The position numbers were made by a program, and so were the translations under genes. Source: Actinomycetota bacterium (lineage in GTDB: Bacteria > Actinomycetota > Acidimicrobiia > IMCC26256 > PALSA-555). Taken from it: a stretch of DNA of 64,000 bases. The stretch covers positions 16,324-80,323 of the forward strand of contig PLJD01000096.1 of the NCBI GenBank assembly GCA_003140175.1, read 5' to 3'. Positions 48,702-58,679 of this stretch are shown here, piece after piece (position 1 is the first letter of the stretch; every line of letters begins with the position of its first letter). The notes beneath the pieces are model-generated. The model was not told where the DNA came from. It searched no databases and saw only the letters and a list, made by a program, of their open reading frames with translations.

Positions 48702-49115
48702 CGGGTCCACGTCGGCGGGTTCAGTCGCCACAAGCGTCGACACGTTGATGTCTGCGAACGTCTCCCACCGGCGAAGCCAGTCAAGGCAGCCATCCCGTTG
48801 CGCGCACGCGTACGCGATCTGACGAAGCATCACGGTCTCAGGGTCGACTGAGCCCCAGCCCGGGAGGTAGGTCGGTTCAGAGAGCAGCCACTGCGGGACG
48901 TTGTGAAACACGTCGGCAAGGTCGGCGGCGCTCGGCAGCGTGGCGAGCCCGTCCGACTTCTGATGCTGACGAGCGTTGGCACGAATGGTTGCCAGCGCCC
49001 GTCCAAGCAGCGCGAGCACCCTCGGCGCACCCTGCCCGCTCTCCGATCGCTCCGCTGCTGCCACGTGTGCCTGCGCCGGTATCGACCCGCGCTCCGTCCC
49101 GATCTGGCCTGCCAT
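48696..49115 (-). CDS. Hypothetical protein
   Basis: Protein-like C-terminal part of the 48696-49499 ORF; start uncertain. Confidence 0.4.
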   Translation of the reverse strand: MAGQIGTERGSIPAQAHVAAAERSESGQGAPRVLALLGRALATIRANARQHQKSDGLATLPSAADLADVFHNVPQWLLSEPTYLPGWGSVDPETVMLRQIAYACAQRDGCLDWLRRWETFADINVSTLVATEPADVDPS

Positions 49116-49229
49116 CAACGCCCTCTCGCCTCGATCAACATGGTGAGACAGTCGGCCGCTTGAGCCGTCGAGCCAGGAGCACGGGACCCCGCTTGGCGGC
49201 ACGCCGTCGACCCGTCCGAGAACTCTGAC

Positions 49230-49808
49230 GTGGGCCCAAGCCAACTGTCGACGGGAGTGTTCCGCCAGGCAACGTCTTTTCCTATAGATACCGACATCGT
49301 CGTCGGATGCCTCGACGGATTGGATCCCCGCGATCAGCTCTTTCTTCGTGCCTTGAATTCGGGGATTCGGACTCTTTCGCCTTGCGAGCGCGCGGTTGTA
49401 GCGCCTGTCACTGGTCACGTGGCCGAGTCGGTCGTCGAGCTGATGTTGGACGGCCTCGGCTGGCATGTCTTGTGGCATTTCGCAGGCCCGGGCCTCCACG
49501 GTGTCGACCTGGTGTTCTTGACAGCCGACAATCGCGTCGTCGCTGTTGAGGTCAAGGGGACGCTTGTCTCCGGCCGGATGGCGCGGCTTTCCCGTCGCGA
49601 GGTTGAACAGATGACCGCCGCATGGCTAGATGATCCCGCCAACCCTGGCATGGCCGAACTCGGACTCGACAGTGCCGATGTGTATGGAGCGGTTGTGGTC
49701 GTCAACTTCGCCGATCTGATCTGGCGTTGCGCGCTGACAGCCGATTTCGCCGTGCTACACCCGGTCGGCACGCTCGATCAGCTGGCTGATCTCACTTGGC
49801 TGACCTAA
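49230..49808 (+). CDS. PD-(D/E)XK nuclease-like protein
   Basis: GHVAE...HGVDLV......VAVEVKGT. Confidence 0.7.
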   Translation: MGPSQLSTGVFRQATSFPIDTDIVVGCLDGLDPRDQLFLRALNSGIRTLSPCERAVVAPVTGHVAESVVELMLDGLGWHVLWHFAGPGLHGVDLVFLTADNRVVAVEVKGTLVSGRMARLSRREVEQMTAAWLDDPANPGMAELGLDSADVYGAVVVVNFADLIWRCALTADFAVLHPVGTLDQLADLTWLT

Positions 49809-49900
49809 CTGCCAACCCCGAATGTCTCCGGCTCGCTTGCGACGTCACAAACACCATCCCGGTCAGGACCGGTTCGATGGATCCGTCTCCTGAAAGCCGT

Positions 49901-50050
49901 TACTTCAGCCAAGTGGAACGGGGCGTCGACGGAACCCACTACAAGGGCTCGGCCGAGCATCTACGCCGCTACCTAGCCGAATTTCGATTCCACTACTCGA
50001 CTCTCGCAAAATCCGCGGCACTCCGCATGGATCGGCAGCTGGCCTACAAC
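49901..50050 (+). pseudogene. IS1595-family transposase C-terminal relic
   Basis: YFSQVERGVDGTHYKGSAEHLRRYLAEFRFHYST resembles the IS1595 FSxLKRxxxGTxHxVSxxHLxRYLxEFxFRY signature. Confidence 0.7.
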
Positions 50051-50065
50051 GACCCCGCGCCAGGA

Positions 50066-51547
50066 TCAGGCCGTCGCCGCCTGGTCACTAGCAATCAATT
50101 CGCCGACCGATGGCAGATCCTCAGGCTTGCGCATTGGCGGCAGGGGCAGGTCCTCCACGTTGTTGGGCTGCGGCCCGGGGGTCGCGACCGCACCAAAGGG
50201 GCGCCGCTGGAGCATCAGGGCCTCGGCTGCCTTGACGAGGTGAATCGTCAGACCCTCCTGCCGTACTCGGGCCGCCTCGTCGACTGCGCCCTTCGTGAAG
50301 CTGAATGCTATGACGTAACCCGTGTCGTTCCCGGCTCGCCTGATGGCAGTCTCGAAGTTGTCAATGATATTGCGTCCGACGTGTTCCGATTGCTTCACCT
50401 GAACGGGATCGCGGGTGAAGAACCAGTAGCCGTCAATTCCCATGTCCCCAGTTCGTTTTGCTGAATGCGTCCCGTTGATTGCGTTGATTGCCCAGTTCTG
50501 AAACTCGAAGGGCTTCAACGTTTTGAGGTCCGCAACCGTCGATGGGGTGTTCACGACGACAGGACTCGAGTGAAGCTTGAGTAGCCGTCGCTTCATTATC
50601 TCGATGGCGGTCAAGGAAATGTCGATCCCGACCCACTGACGCTTTAGGCGCTCCGCTACGGCGACCGTCGTTCCACAGCCGCAAAATGGGTCCAGGACGA
50701 TGTCACCGGGATTGCTGCTCGCGAGGATTATCCGTTCGAGAAGTGCTTCGGGCTTCTGAGTTGGGTATCCCAACCGTTCGGCCGCCTGCGGATTGATCCG
50801 GTCGATGTCGGTCCATACGTCATCGACGGCCTTACCCTTGAGGTCTTCGCGGTATCGCTTATGTTGGGGCCAGCCCGTGCCTCGGGATGGCCAATAGATG
50901 AGACCTTGCGAGTCGAGTATTTCGAGCTCGTCCGGTGCGACCATCCAGTGGCGATTCTTCGGCGAGGGATCCAGTCCGCGCCAGGGTTGGCCCGACGCGC
51001 CATGACGGACGCCGGCGCCAGTTAGATCGGCCCGCCAATAGAGCCGCCCGTCGCCGTCGTCGTATTTGTAATACCGGTCGAGATATTCCTGGTCGTAGTC
51101 CGTTCGTGGTGCGTTCCACGTCACCTTCTTGGACCGCCCGTAATAGAGGATCAAATCGTGAACCGGGCCATACCGCTTCGCGCTGCTGTGTGCAGTCGTT
51201 CGCTTCCAGACCACTTCGTTTCGGAACATCCCACCACCGAAGACCTGGTCAAGCATGACCTTGAGGTAATGGCTCGCGTGCGGATCGCAATGAAGGTAGA
51301 GCGAACCGGTGGGCTTGAGGACACGGCGCAATTGGTCAATGCGCTCGCGCATCCATCCGATGTAGTGCTGGATGCCGCCCTCCCAGCGGTCCTCAAACGA
51401 GCGCACCTCGGCCTCGTCTCCCCAGATCACCTCGTATACCCGGTTCGAGAAGAACGGAGGATCGAGGTAGATCAGATCGACCGACTCATCCGGCAAGGTG
51501 CCCAGCCGCGCCAGATTGTCGTCGCAGTAGAGAACACCCGTATCCAT
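50066..51547 (-). CDS. N6/N4 DNA methyltransferase (beta class) fused to an Mrr-like endonuclease domain
   Basis: IYLDPPF, YPTQKP, DPFCGCGTT; C-terminal EFQNW...DMGIDG...QVK. Confidence 0.9.
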   Translation of the reverse strand: MDTGVLYCDDNLARLGTLPDESVDLIYLDPPFFSNRVYEVIWGDEAEVRSFEDRWEGGIQHYIGWMRERIDQLRRVLKPTGSLYLHCDPHASHYLKVMLDQVFGGGMFRNEVVWKRTTAHSSAKRYGPVHDLILYYGRSKKVTWNAPRTDYDQEYLDRYYKYDDGDGRLYWRADLTGAGVRHGASGQPWRGLDPSPKNRHWMVAPDELEILDSQGLIYWPSRGTGWPQHKRYREDLKGKAVDDVWTDIDRINPQAAERLGYPTQKPEALLERIILASSNPGDIVLDPFCGCGTTVAVAERLKRQWVGIDISLTAIEIMKRRLLKLHSSPVVVNTPSTVADLKTLKPFEFQNWAINAINGTHSAKRTGDMGIDGYWFFTRDPVQVKQSEHVGRNIIDNFETAIRRAGNDTGYVIAFSFTKGAVDEAARVRQEGLTIHLVKAAEALMLQRRPFGAVATPGPQPNNVEDLPLPPMRKPEDLPSVGELIASDQAATA

Positions 51548-52037
51548 GCCCTAGCCCCCTCGACGCCTCGCAAGTTGTCGGCGCCGCTAGAGCGCACCTG
51601 TATAGCCTCCTGAGGCCAATGTGGCCAGAGCGATGAATGTGAAGCGGGCATGCCTGCCGCCGCCCCGGGGTGTGCGGCGCTGGTCTCGCGAAGATCGTTC
51701 GCGTGTCATCGCGGTCGTGCTCCGCGGCATGGCGAAGGGCTTACGAGTCTTTAGGCGCCCTGTGCACTTCAGCCCGCTGTAAACGTGCAGGTCATGAGGC
51801 TGATTCAAAGATGAGCGTGAATCGTCGTAAGGCCATAGCTTGCCAACAAGAACAGGTCTCCCGACCTCAATACGAAAAGAACACCAAAAGAACAAGGACA
51901 GGTGCACCTAGGGGTGCCCCCCCTCTTTTTGCGCAGCGTGGTTGCGCGAGCGAACCCGTCAATTCCCACTCTGATACAGCCGTCAGATGGCGCGGTAACT
52001 GTCTCCATCGTGACGCGAGCCCGCCACGGCTCTCTGA

Positions 52038-52565
52038 TCAGTCGCCGTCGGGCTCGAATCCTGGCCCGCACAACGGGTGAGGTGGCTTGCTCGGGGCAGG
52101 CAGCTCGTCGAACCAGAACCTTCCGATCGCCGCCCGGGTCAGGTCATCGACGTGCTCGCCGTGGAGATCGACACCGACCCAATAATCCTGGTCAGCGAAC
52201 AACAACTCCGCACGAAACGTCGTGAGCACCTCGATGAGAGTCTTGAGTCGCCCGGCGTCGACCTGGTCAAACTGTTCCGGGTCAGCTTTCAGGCTGCCGA
52301 TCGACCAGGCGAAGATCTGGTGAAGCGCCCACTCTTCGCCGCGACAGCTCGGGTGCTGCCAATGCTCGGATGTCATGTTGCTAACGATCTGGATCAGACA
52401 CACCTCGAGACGCCGCAACAGCCAGATAGCGGTATCGGCTGACCGTGGTAGCGGCAACCACAGCTCGTCAGCGGCGACTGCTCGAGCCGCCTCGAAGGCT
52501 TCCGTGCCAGCAAGCGCGCAGAGCTGTTTGAACAGGTCATTCCATGTCTCGGTGATGCCGGCCAC
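52038..52565 (-). CDS. Hypothetical protein (5' part possibly frameshifted)
   Basis: Protein-like; the open frame extends upstream (PWLNDDDFDLIALRH) without a start codon. Confidence 0.5.
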   Translation of the reverse strand: MAGITETWNDLFKQLCALAGTEAFEAARAVAADELWLPLPRSADTAIWLLRRLEVCLIQIVSNMTSEHWQHPSCRGEEWALHQIFAWSIGSLKADPEQFDQVDAGRLKTLIEVLTTFRAELLFADQDYWVGVDLHGEHVDDLTRAAIGRFWFDELPAPSKPPHPLCGPGFEPDGD

Positions 52566-52843
52566 GAGGACGTGGCGCAGAGCGATGAGGTCGAAGTCGT
52601 CGTCGTTGAGCCAGGGGGAGTGTCTCTGAGGTCCATGTCGGGGTCGGAGTAGTCGGACGTGTAGTCGTACGACTTTTCAAGGGCAGGGAACTCCTGGGGT
52701 GCATGCATGCCGTTCACCAATCTGTGGGCGCACCGCGCTAGGGATGCCCGGTGCTGGGAACCCTCAGCGGGACCGGTAGTGGGCCGTCGAGGGCTAGCTG
52801 CACTATCCCAAGGGCTTGTGACAAATCGACGCTCTCTCGGATG

Positions 52844-52858
52844 CGCGGAGATTCCGCG
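52844..52858. promoter_or_regulatory. Palindromic operator CGCGGA-N3-TCCGCG, copy 1
   Basis: Upstream of the XRE gene; recurs at 53365, 55508 and 63471. Confidence 0.7.
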
Positions 52859-52896
52859 TACGTATTCCGCCCGTTGGGCTGTGTGCCGGTTATCGA

Positions 52897-53298
52897 ATGG
52901 TGGTGGCACCACCACGCTTCGTACCCAAAGCGCTGATGCGGCGGCCCGCCGAGTTCGGCCAAGACCCCGAAGCCGAATGGCGAGCTGCCCGCAATCTGAC
53001 CGAAGCGTCCCTGATGGCCCACGCCTACTGGCAACACTTGGCCGCCTGCGTGATCAACGAACGGCTCCGTGACTCTGGTGCATCCCGCAAAGAGCTCGCC
53101 CAGGCACTCGGTGTAGGCACCCGAATGCTCGGATCCAAGCTGAACGGCACCTTCCCCGCTGCGTCGGATGAGCTGTTCCGCTGGGCGCTTGCTTTCAACG
53201 ACGTCTCGATCCTGCCGCCGCCAGTCAACCGGGTCGCCGATGTGCTCCCGAAGGCGCGGGGCAAGCACAGCTACAAGCGCCTCGGCCTGCATTTCTGA
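52897..53298 (+). CDS. XRE-like HTH protein
   Basis: SRKELAQALGVGTRMLGSKLNG...DELFRWA. Confidence 0.75.
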   Translation: MVVAPPRFVPKALMRRPAEFGQDPEAEWRAARNLTEASLMAHAYWQHLAACVINERLRDSGASRKELAQALGVGTRMLGSKLNGTFPAASDELFRWALAFNDVSILPPPVNRVADVLPKARGKHSYKRLGLHF

Positions 53299-53364
53299 GT
53301 GCGCCGGCCCGCGAGCGGGCCAGACGCGCCCGCACGGGCGGGATGTCGCACCTGAGTGTACTGT

Positions 53365-53387
53365 GATACGCGGAAACTCCGCGTATC
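53365..53387. promoter_or_regulatory. Palindromic operator, copy 2 (GATACGCGGA-AAC-TCCGCGTATC)
   Basis: Perfect 10-bp inverted repeat, 33 nt upstream of the CAP gene. Confidence 0.7.
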
Positions 53388-53420
53388 CCCGATCAGCGAG
53401 ATCGGGAAAGGGGTGGGGCA

Positions 53421-53993
53421 ATGTTCAGTCGTCGTGCTTCCGTGTTCCGAGCTATTGCGCGCCCGTTCTGGCGCTGTCGCATTGTCGCCATGATCGGTGT
53501 GGCCATGATCGGCGTTGCAGCGACTGCCTGCACACCAGCCGCTCCGCCACCAGCACCGGCATGGTGGCAGCAAGCCGTGCCCGTGGGCTGGCAGAACCAG
53601 ATGTTGGCCCAGGTCAACGCCTACCGCGCACTTCACGGTGACAGCCCGGTTGTCATGTGTTCCCGTCTCCAGACCGCCGCCGAGACACTGACCAACGATG
53701 AAGCAGCACACAACTTCATTGGGCACACCGGCAGTGACGGAAGCACGACCACCAGCCGGGTCACTGCTACCGGCTACCTGTCACTCCCAGACGCGTGGGG
53801 TATCGGGGAGAACACCGCAGGTGGTCAAGTTGACGTGACCCAGGTGATGTCGGAATGGGAAGCCTCGCCCGAGCACAACGCCAACCTGCTCAATCCCGCT
53901 ATGACCGGTGGCGGCTTTGCTGAAGCCACAACCGCTGCTGGCATCATCCACCGGTTCTGGACCCAGGACTTCGGGTACGGGGGCGTCTGCTAA
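53421..53993 (+). CDS. CAP/SCP domain lipoprotein
   Basis: ATAC lipobox, VNAYR, HTGSDGS, GEN, W..SPEH.ANLL, WTQDFG. Confidence 0.9.
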   Translation: MFSRRASVFRAIARPFWRCRIVAMIGVAMIGVAATACTPAAPPPAPAWWQQAVPVGWQNQMLAQVNAYRALHGDSPVVMCSRLQTAAETLTNDEAAHNFIGHTGSDGSTTTSRVTATGYLSLPDAWGIGENTAGGQVDVTQVMSEWEASPEHNANLLNPAMTGGGFAEATTAAGIIHRFWTQDFGYGGVC

Positions 53994-54029
53994 CGCCTTC
54001 GTCAACGTCAGCGCATTCGCTTATCACCC

Positions 54030-54067
54030 AGAAGGGGGGTATCGCACTCATTCGGATACCCCCTTCT
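54030..54067. terminator. Hairpin after the CAP gene
   Basis: AGAAGGGGGGTATC ... GATACCCCCTTCT inverted repeat. Confidence 0.5.
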
Positions 54068-54076
54068 TCTGCGATC

Positions 54077-54583
54077 ATGGACGACGTGGCTACCGCTCTA
54101 GCGATTACAGCGCTCGTCGTGGCCGTGGCCACGGCCGTCGCCCAGATGCTCCAAAGCCACCGTCAGAGCGACCGGAATCTTGAAGTCCAGGAACGGCTTG
54201 CCGAAGTCAATGAGGACCGTCGCCGGGATGAGCTCACGCCTCGGCTTCGGCTCCGCTACGTCAAGGAACCCGAAGACGTTGACGGGTTCCTTGAATGGGT
54301 GAACGAAGGACCCCAGGATCTCGACGAGGTGACGTTCATCCTGATCGAGCGTTCTGGTGCCGGCTGGCAGCCACTCCGAGGCGTTCGTTTTCTTCGAGAG
54401 GGATGGACGGTGACCGAGGGGTCACTGGGCGAGATCAAGATTGGCGAACCAGTCGTGCATGGGCTCGTTCGAACGCCCGGATCTGAAGGGAGCGGTGGCA
54501 CTGCTCGCTTTCGGATGCGCTGCACCAGCGGTGATCACTCGTGGGAGTTCCCAGTCGAGTGCAGAATCCCAGCTGTCGGATAG
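54077..54583 (+). CDS. Hypothetical protein with N-terminal TM helix
   Basis: Hydrophobic N-terminus, coiled segment, beta-rich C-terminal domain. Confidence 0.7.
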   Translation: MDDVATALAITALVVAVATAVAQMLQSHRQSDRNLEVQERLAEVNEDRRRDELTPRLRLRYVKEPEDVDGFLEWVNEGPQDLDEVTFILIERSGAGWQPLRGVRFLREGWTVTEGSLGEIKIGEPVVHGLVRTPGSEGSGGTARFRMRCTSGDHSWEFPVECRIPAVG

Positions 54584-54591
54584 CAATCGCT

Positions 54592-54876
54592 GTGGCTTAT
54601 CAAGGGACCGTTGACGACCTTTGCCCGAACTGCCGCCGGTCATTTGTAGAAGGGGGCGGTCGTACAGACGATCACGTCATCGGCAAGGCGTCTGGAACAC
54701 AGGCGGCCGTCCCGTCGTGCAAGGCATGCAATGACACCTTCGGAGCCACTGTCGAAGGTGAGTTCCACCGAGAGAGCAGCATCTTTCGGCTCGCTCGGAA
54801 TCACCAGCACGTGTCGTTCGGTGTTACAACCGGCTCTCCATCATCGCCCAACGCGATCGACGCGCACGAGGTCTGA
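54592..54876 (+). pseudogene. Truncated HNH endonuclease-like fragment
   Basis: CPNC...DDHVI...CKACN..FG..VE; overlapped by a convergent gene. Confidence 0.55.
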
Positions 54877-55325
54877 TGGCCATCGCTGACGATCACTTCT
54901 GGCGACAGCCCGGTCGCGTCATCCGCATGTCCCTTAAACGAGATATGTAGCGAGGGACCATAAAAGTAACTCGGGTCCTGGCTCACCAATGAGGCGATAT
55001 TTGCGCCGGCAGCATTGATGGTCTCGTAGGTTGGCAGGTAGCCTTCGGCGCCATTGACCATCGACCTGGCGCTGCCAGCGACGAGATCGCCGGCCCTTGC
55101 CGCAGCGTCAGACGGATCAGTCAGTGTGTGGCCAGGCAGGCATCTGTAGTTCACGGTCGGCGAAGTAGCCGATCCTGAGCATGCCGTCGCGGTAGGCGTT
55201 GTTTTTGTCGTGGTCGTCTTCCTGGTAGCCGTGCTCGCGCCGCCTGAGCAGCCAACGATGAGCGACAACGCACCGATCACAGCGAACGCAACAAGCGAAC
55301 AGCCAGCATTCGAGTTCTTTTGCAC
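54801..55325 (-). CDS. Putative lipoprotein
   Basis: IVGC lipobox, Thr-rich linker, Cys pairs. Confidence 0.65.
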   Translation of the reverse strand: MQKNSNAGCSLVAFAVIGALSLIVGCSGGASTATRKTTTTKTTPTATACSGSATSPTVNYRCLPGHTLTDPSDAAARAGDLVAGSARSMVNGAEGYLPTYETINAAGANIASLVSQDPSYFYGPSLHISFKGHADDATGLSPEVIVSDGHQTSCASIALGDDGEPVVTPNDTCW

Positions 55326-55507
55326 GGTACCCCCGATGCTTCTACTTGACCGGCGAAGTGCCGGAAGCCGGCCCGGCGAAAACCTCGCCGAACGTGGCGT
55401 CGATTAGCGTGCCGGCGGGCCCGACGGATGTGCCTTGTACGTCGCCAGCCGTACGAACAAGGCGTCTCACGCCCAACCCCTTTCCCCACGGATCCCCGCT
55501 ATCGGGT

Positions 55508-55528
55508 ATGCGCGGAGATTCCGCGCAT
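55508..55528. promoter_or_regulatory. Palindromic operator, copy 3 (ATGCGCGGA-GAT-TCCGCGCAT)
   Basis: Perfect 9-bp inverted repeat, in a context homologous to 53361-53420 (inverted). Confidence 0.7.
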
Positions 55529-55570
55529 CACACTACCCAGCCGCTGTGACGTAAGGGCGGGGCAAGGGGC

Positions 55571-55835
55571 CTAGAACCGAGGCCCGAGGCGCTTGAAGTG
55601 GTGCTGCCCTCGAGCGTGAGGGAGGATGTCTGCGGCCCTGGCGGCCGGGTGGCGGCAGTGCGGAAATGTCGTTGAAAGCAAGCGCCCAGCGGAACAACTC
55701 GTCAGCGGTGGCCGGGAACGTGCCGGCCAGCTTCGATCCCAGCATTCGGGTCCCCACGCCGAGCGCGTCGGCGAACTCCCGGCGGGTCACACCTGGGTCC
55801 ATCAGGCGTTCGTTGATCACACAAGCGGCCAGGTA
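55571..55835 (-). pseudogene. Inverted, 5'-truncated paralogue of the 52897 XRE gene
   Basis: LAACVINERL...ALGVGTRMLGSKL.GTFPA..DELFRWALAFND nearly identical to the intact copy; frameshifted near the 3' end. Confidence 0.85.
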
Positions 55836-55864
55836 CCGGCTCGACCCGGATCTCGTAGGCGCGT

Positions 55865-56070
55865 TCAGCGTCCGAGGAGGTCGACAAGCTCAGTGAGTGT
55901 CGACATGACGTGAGCGCCATCCGTTCTGATGCTCTGGGCCAGTAGCAGGTGATGCCGGTCTGGTTCTCTGCGACGACGTAATCGGCGTACGCCGTAGCGC
56001 ACGGCAGGTACATCATGTCGACCAGGCCGTTCGCCTCCCACGATTCGGTCGGGTTGCGGAGTCGAAAACC
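55865..56070 (-). pseudogene. Relic of a PIN-like hypothetical protein
   Basis: WEANGLVDMMYLPCATAYADYVVAE, then a frameshift. Confidence 0.45.
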
Positions 56071-56299
56071 CAGCGCCGTAAGAAGTCAATCGAACTAGGC
56101 CCAGCTGCCTGGGCCGGAGCGCGCCGCACAAATGCCAGCGGTCGTCGCAGCCTCGGTGCTTGACGCCTCGATGAGCTTCCGTCACGATCAGTCTTTCAGT
56201 GGCAGTTCTAGCGGGTGCAGTGGCCGTGATCCCTTGTACTGGCTATCGCTCCAGGCCATGTAACCCGACCTGCTTTTTGCATCGGTTCAGATTCCCACC

Positions 56300-57856
56300 G
56301 TGGTGGGCCCGCTGATGAGGCAGGGATGGAAGCCTCGCCCACTCGTTGCCTTTGCAGTCGTCATCGTGCTGGTGGCCGTTATGGCCAATCCGAGTCCGGC
56401 GCTCGTGCAGCATGCCGAAGGCTCCAAGACTGTGGTCGGATTCGGCGACTCGGTGGCAGCCGGCTACGGACTGTCGCTGCAAGCCAAATACGATCCAGCG
56501 GATGTAACTCAGCGATATGCCAACGATGGGTCAACGTGCTCTGCCACGCCGAAGGCCTACCCCTGCGTCCTTGCTCGCGACCTTGGAGACCAAGTGTCGT
56601 CGAGCCATAACTACGCAATTCAGGGTGCGACGAGTGCGCAGGTTCTCGCACTTGAACTGCCAGAGGCACTCAAAATGCCACCAGCGGACCGTAACAATGT
56701 CAATGTTGTGACCTTGACCGTTGGAGCCGATGACATCGACTTTGTCCAATGCTTGACGGACGAGTTTGAAGCTCAAGTGTCGCCCGGCAGTGCCGACCCT
56801 TGCCTCGCGGGCAACATCAACGATCTGCTCTTAAGCCCAGATCGGATTGCTTCGGTGCAGACACTCGAGTACGCGACGCTGCCGCTGATCTTTTCCAAGA
56901 TCGAGCACGACTTTATCAACGCGAGGATCTACGTAACCGACTACTACCAACCCTTTCCCAGTCCACCCCAACCGGGGCAGGACGCCTGCCGTCTCTTCCT
57001 GATTCCCGCGCTCGCTGCACTGGTCGGGAACCTCGGCGGCTTGAGTTCAAGCGCCGCCGCACTCGCGGTTCTCGCGTATATCCGCGAGCTGCCAGATACG
57101 GACGCACTCTTTCAGACACGCTTCTATCGGGTCTCGACTTTCCTAGTCGGCCAGCTCAACGCGACAATCGATGGCGCGGTGACAGCGGCAGGTGTGCCAG
57201 TCGCCAGCGTCAGCCTTGACTCTTTCGCCAGCCACGACATGTGCGCCAACAACGGCAAGGACTCGTGGGTCTACACACTGTCCACGACTGGTTCGATCAA
57301 ACTTCCGCTACCAGCTGGCAAGATCGCAGAGGTGGACGCGGATACGAGTCTCGGGCCCAAGTGCTACCACGCGGATCTGACCGCTGAAAAGAGCCGCAGC
57401 ATCAGTTTGCTCGGCTTCGGGACGGCGACCGTCAAACCCAACTGCATTCCCCACCCGACCGAGACTGGCCAGGCACAGATCGCCGACGCGATACGGAGCG
57501 CCGCTGCACCGACGCCACCAGCGGCGGCTTCATGTCCTGTCGACTCACTGCCTCGCGATGTTATGGCCAGCACCGAACTCAGCGGCCAATCGCCGGGCGA
57601 TTACACGGTCAGCAACATTCGCACGGCCAGTTCCGATATGAGCTGGGCATATTTTGAAGTGGTCGCCACCGCGGCTGCCGTGGACACGTTTCAGAATGCG
57701 CGCGGGGTCGCACACTGTGTCAACGGCGCATGGAACGTCCTAGAAGTCGGCAGCACGGACATCGGTTGTACCGCCGCGCCGGCGAACATTCGGGCTGAGC
57801 TCGGACTTCAGACGGACGCCCAATGCGCTGCAACCGAGGGCGCGCCAACGTCGTAG
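56300..57856 (+). CDS. Secreted SGNH/GDSL hydrolase with an extra C-terminal domain
   Basis: Signal peptide, FGDSVAAG, QGAT, TLTVGADD, HP block V. Confidence 0.85.
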   Translation: MVGPLMRQGWKPRPLVAFAVVIVLVAVMANPSPALVQHAEGSKTVVGFGDSVAAGYGLSLQAKYDPADVTQRYANDGSTCSATPKAYPCVLARDLGDQVSSSHNYAIQGATSAQVLALELPEALKMPPADRNNVNVVTLTVGADDIDFVQCLTDEFEAQVSPGSADPCLAGNINDLLLSPDRIASVQTLEYATLPLIFSKIEHDFINARIYVTDYYQPFPSPPQPGQDACRLFLIPALAALVGNLGGLSSSAAALAVLAYIRELPDTDALFQTRFYRVSTFLVGQLNATIDGAVTAAGVPVASVSLDSFASHDMCANNGKDSWVYTLSTTGSIKLPLPAGKIAEVDADTSLGPKCYHADLTAEKSRSISLLGFGTATVKPNCIPHPTETGQAQIADAIRSAAAPTPPAAASCPVDSLPRDVMASTELSGQSPGDYTVSNIRTASSDMSWAYFEVVATAAAVDTFQNARGVAHCVNGAWNVLEVGSTDIGCTAAPANIRAELGLQTDAQCAATEGAPTS

Positions 57857-57952
57857 CCGCCTGCTGTTCCCACGGCGGCGCTGTCGCTTCGACTGCGTGA
57901 GCACCCGTACCCGCCTAGCGAATCGTCGTCGGCTAGACCGTCGAGGAAGGCA

Positions 57953-58558
57953 TTGCAGATGGCCCAGTTCGCGGTTGAAGCAGTGGAATGGCGAACGGAA
58001 GACGAGGGTGTACTGAAGGTGAGCTGCTTGTCACTCGGTGATTACAAAGCGCTCGTCGCGCATCTGTCGGAGGATCGCCCGGCAAACCTGCTTGTCAACC
58101 AGGTGGCTGTCGCCGTCAGCGCCGTGTCCGACCAACCCGACCATCCGTCCTCGGCATTTCCCGGAACGTTCGAAGTTCGCGTCCGCCGCAACGAGCTGCC
58201 CCCGAACTCGACACGGTGGATATTCGCCGTTGGCAGCAACTTTCTCCGCACCTCCGCATACATGGGCGTCGTTGAGATCACATGGCAGGGATCGGGCCGC
58301 CGCCGACGAGCAGAGCTGCTCGTTCGCTGCGAGATCGCCGACGAGTACACGCAACTTCGCCATCTGCTCGACGTTGAGCCGAGCCACGCGTCGATGATGA
58401 CGGATCCTCGCGGAGGCGGCTGGTACGTCTACCGAGTGAGCGATACCGGCAGCTCTGACGACCCGTTCCCGCAGGTGTTACAGCTCGTAGTTCAAGAGGT
58501 CCCTCCCGAGGAGCGCGAGGTGCCCACCTTTCCGATGGGCTTCCCGCCCGGCGATTGA
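57953..58558 (+). CDS. Hypothetical protein
   Basis: Protein-like 201-aa ORF with GAGGAAGG upstream. Confidence 0.6.
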   Translation: MQMAQFAVEAVEWRTEDEGVLKVSCLSLGDYKALVAHLSEDRPANLLVNQVAVAVSAVSDQPDHPSSAFPGTFEVRVRRNELPPNSTRWIFAVGSNFLRTSAYMGVVEITWQGSGRRRRAELLVRCEIADEYTQLRHLLDVEPSHASMMTDPRGGGWYVYRVSDTGSSDDPFPQVLQLVVQEVPPEEREVPTFPMGFPPGD

Positions 58559-58679
58559 CCGACCGACGGTCCGTGTTCGCATCGAGTGGGCATCCGAATG
58601 AGTCCGGTACCCCCTAGATGTGGTGGCCGGGCCCACAACGCAAACAGCCCCAGGAGCTGTTGCTTGATTGAGATCCTCT

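Noticed and set aside
51845-51900. Three AAGAACA repeats in an A-rich patch
   Set aside because: Too short and irregular to call iterons or an array.
52047-52075. tRNA T-arm-like string gtcgggctcgaatcctggc
   Set aside because: The loop is CTCGAAT rather than TTCGAAT, there is no cloverleaf or CCA, and it lies within the end of a minus-strand ORF.
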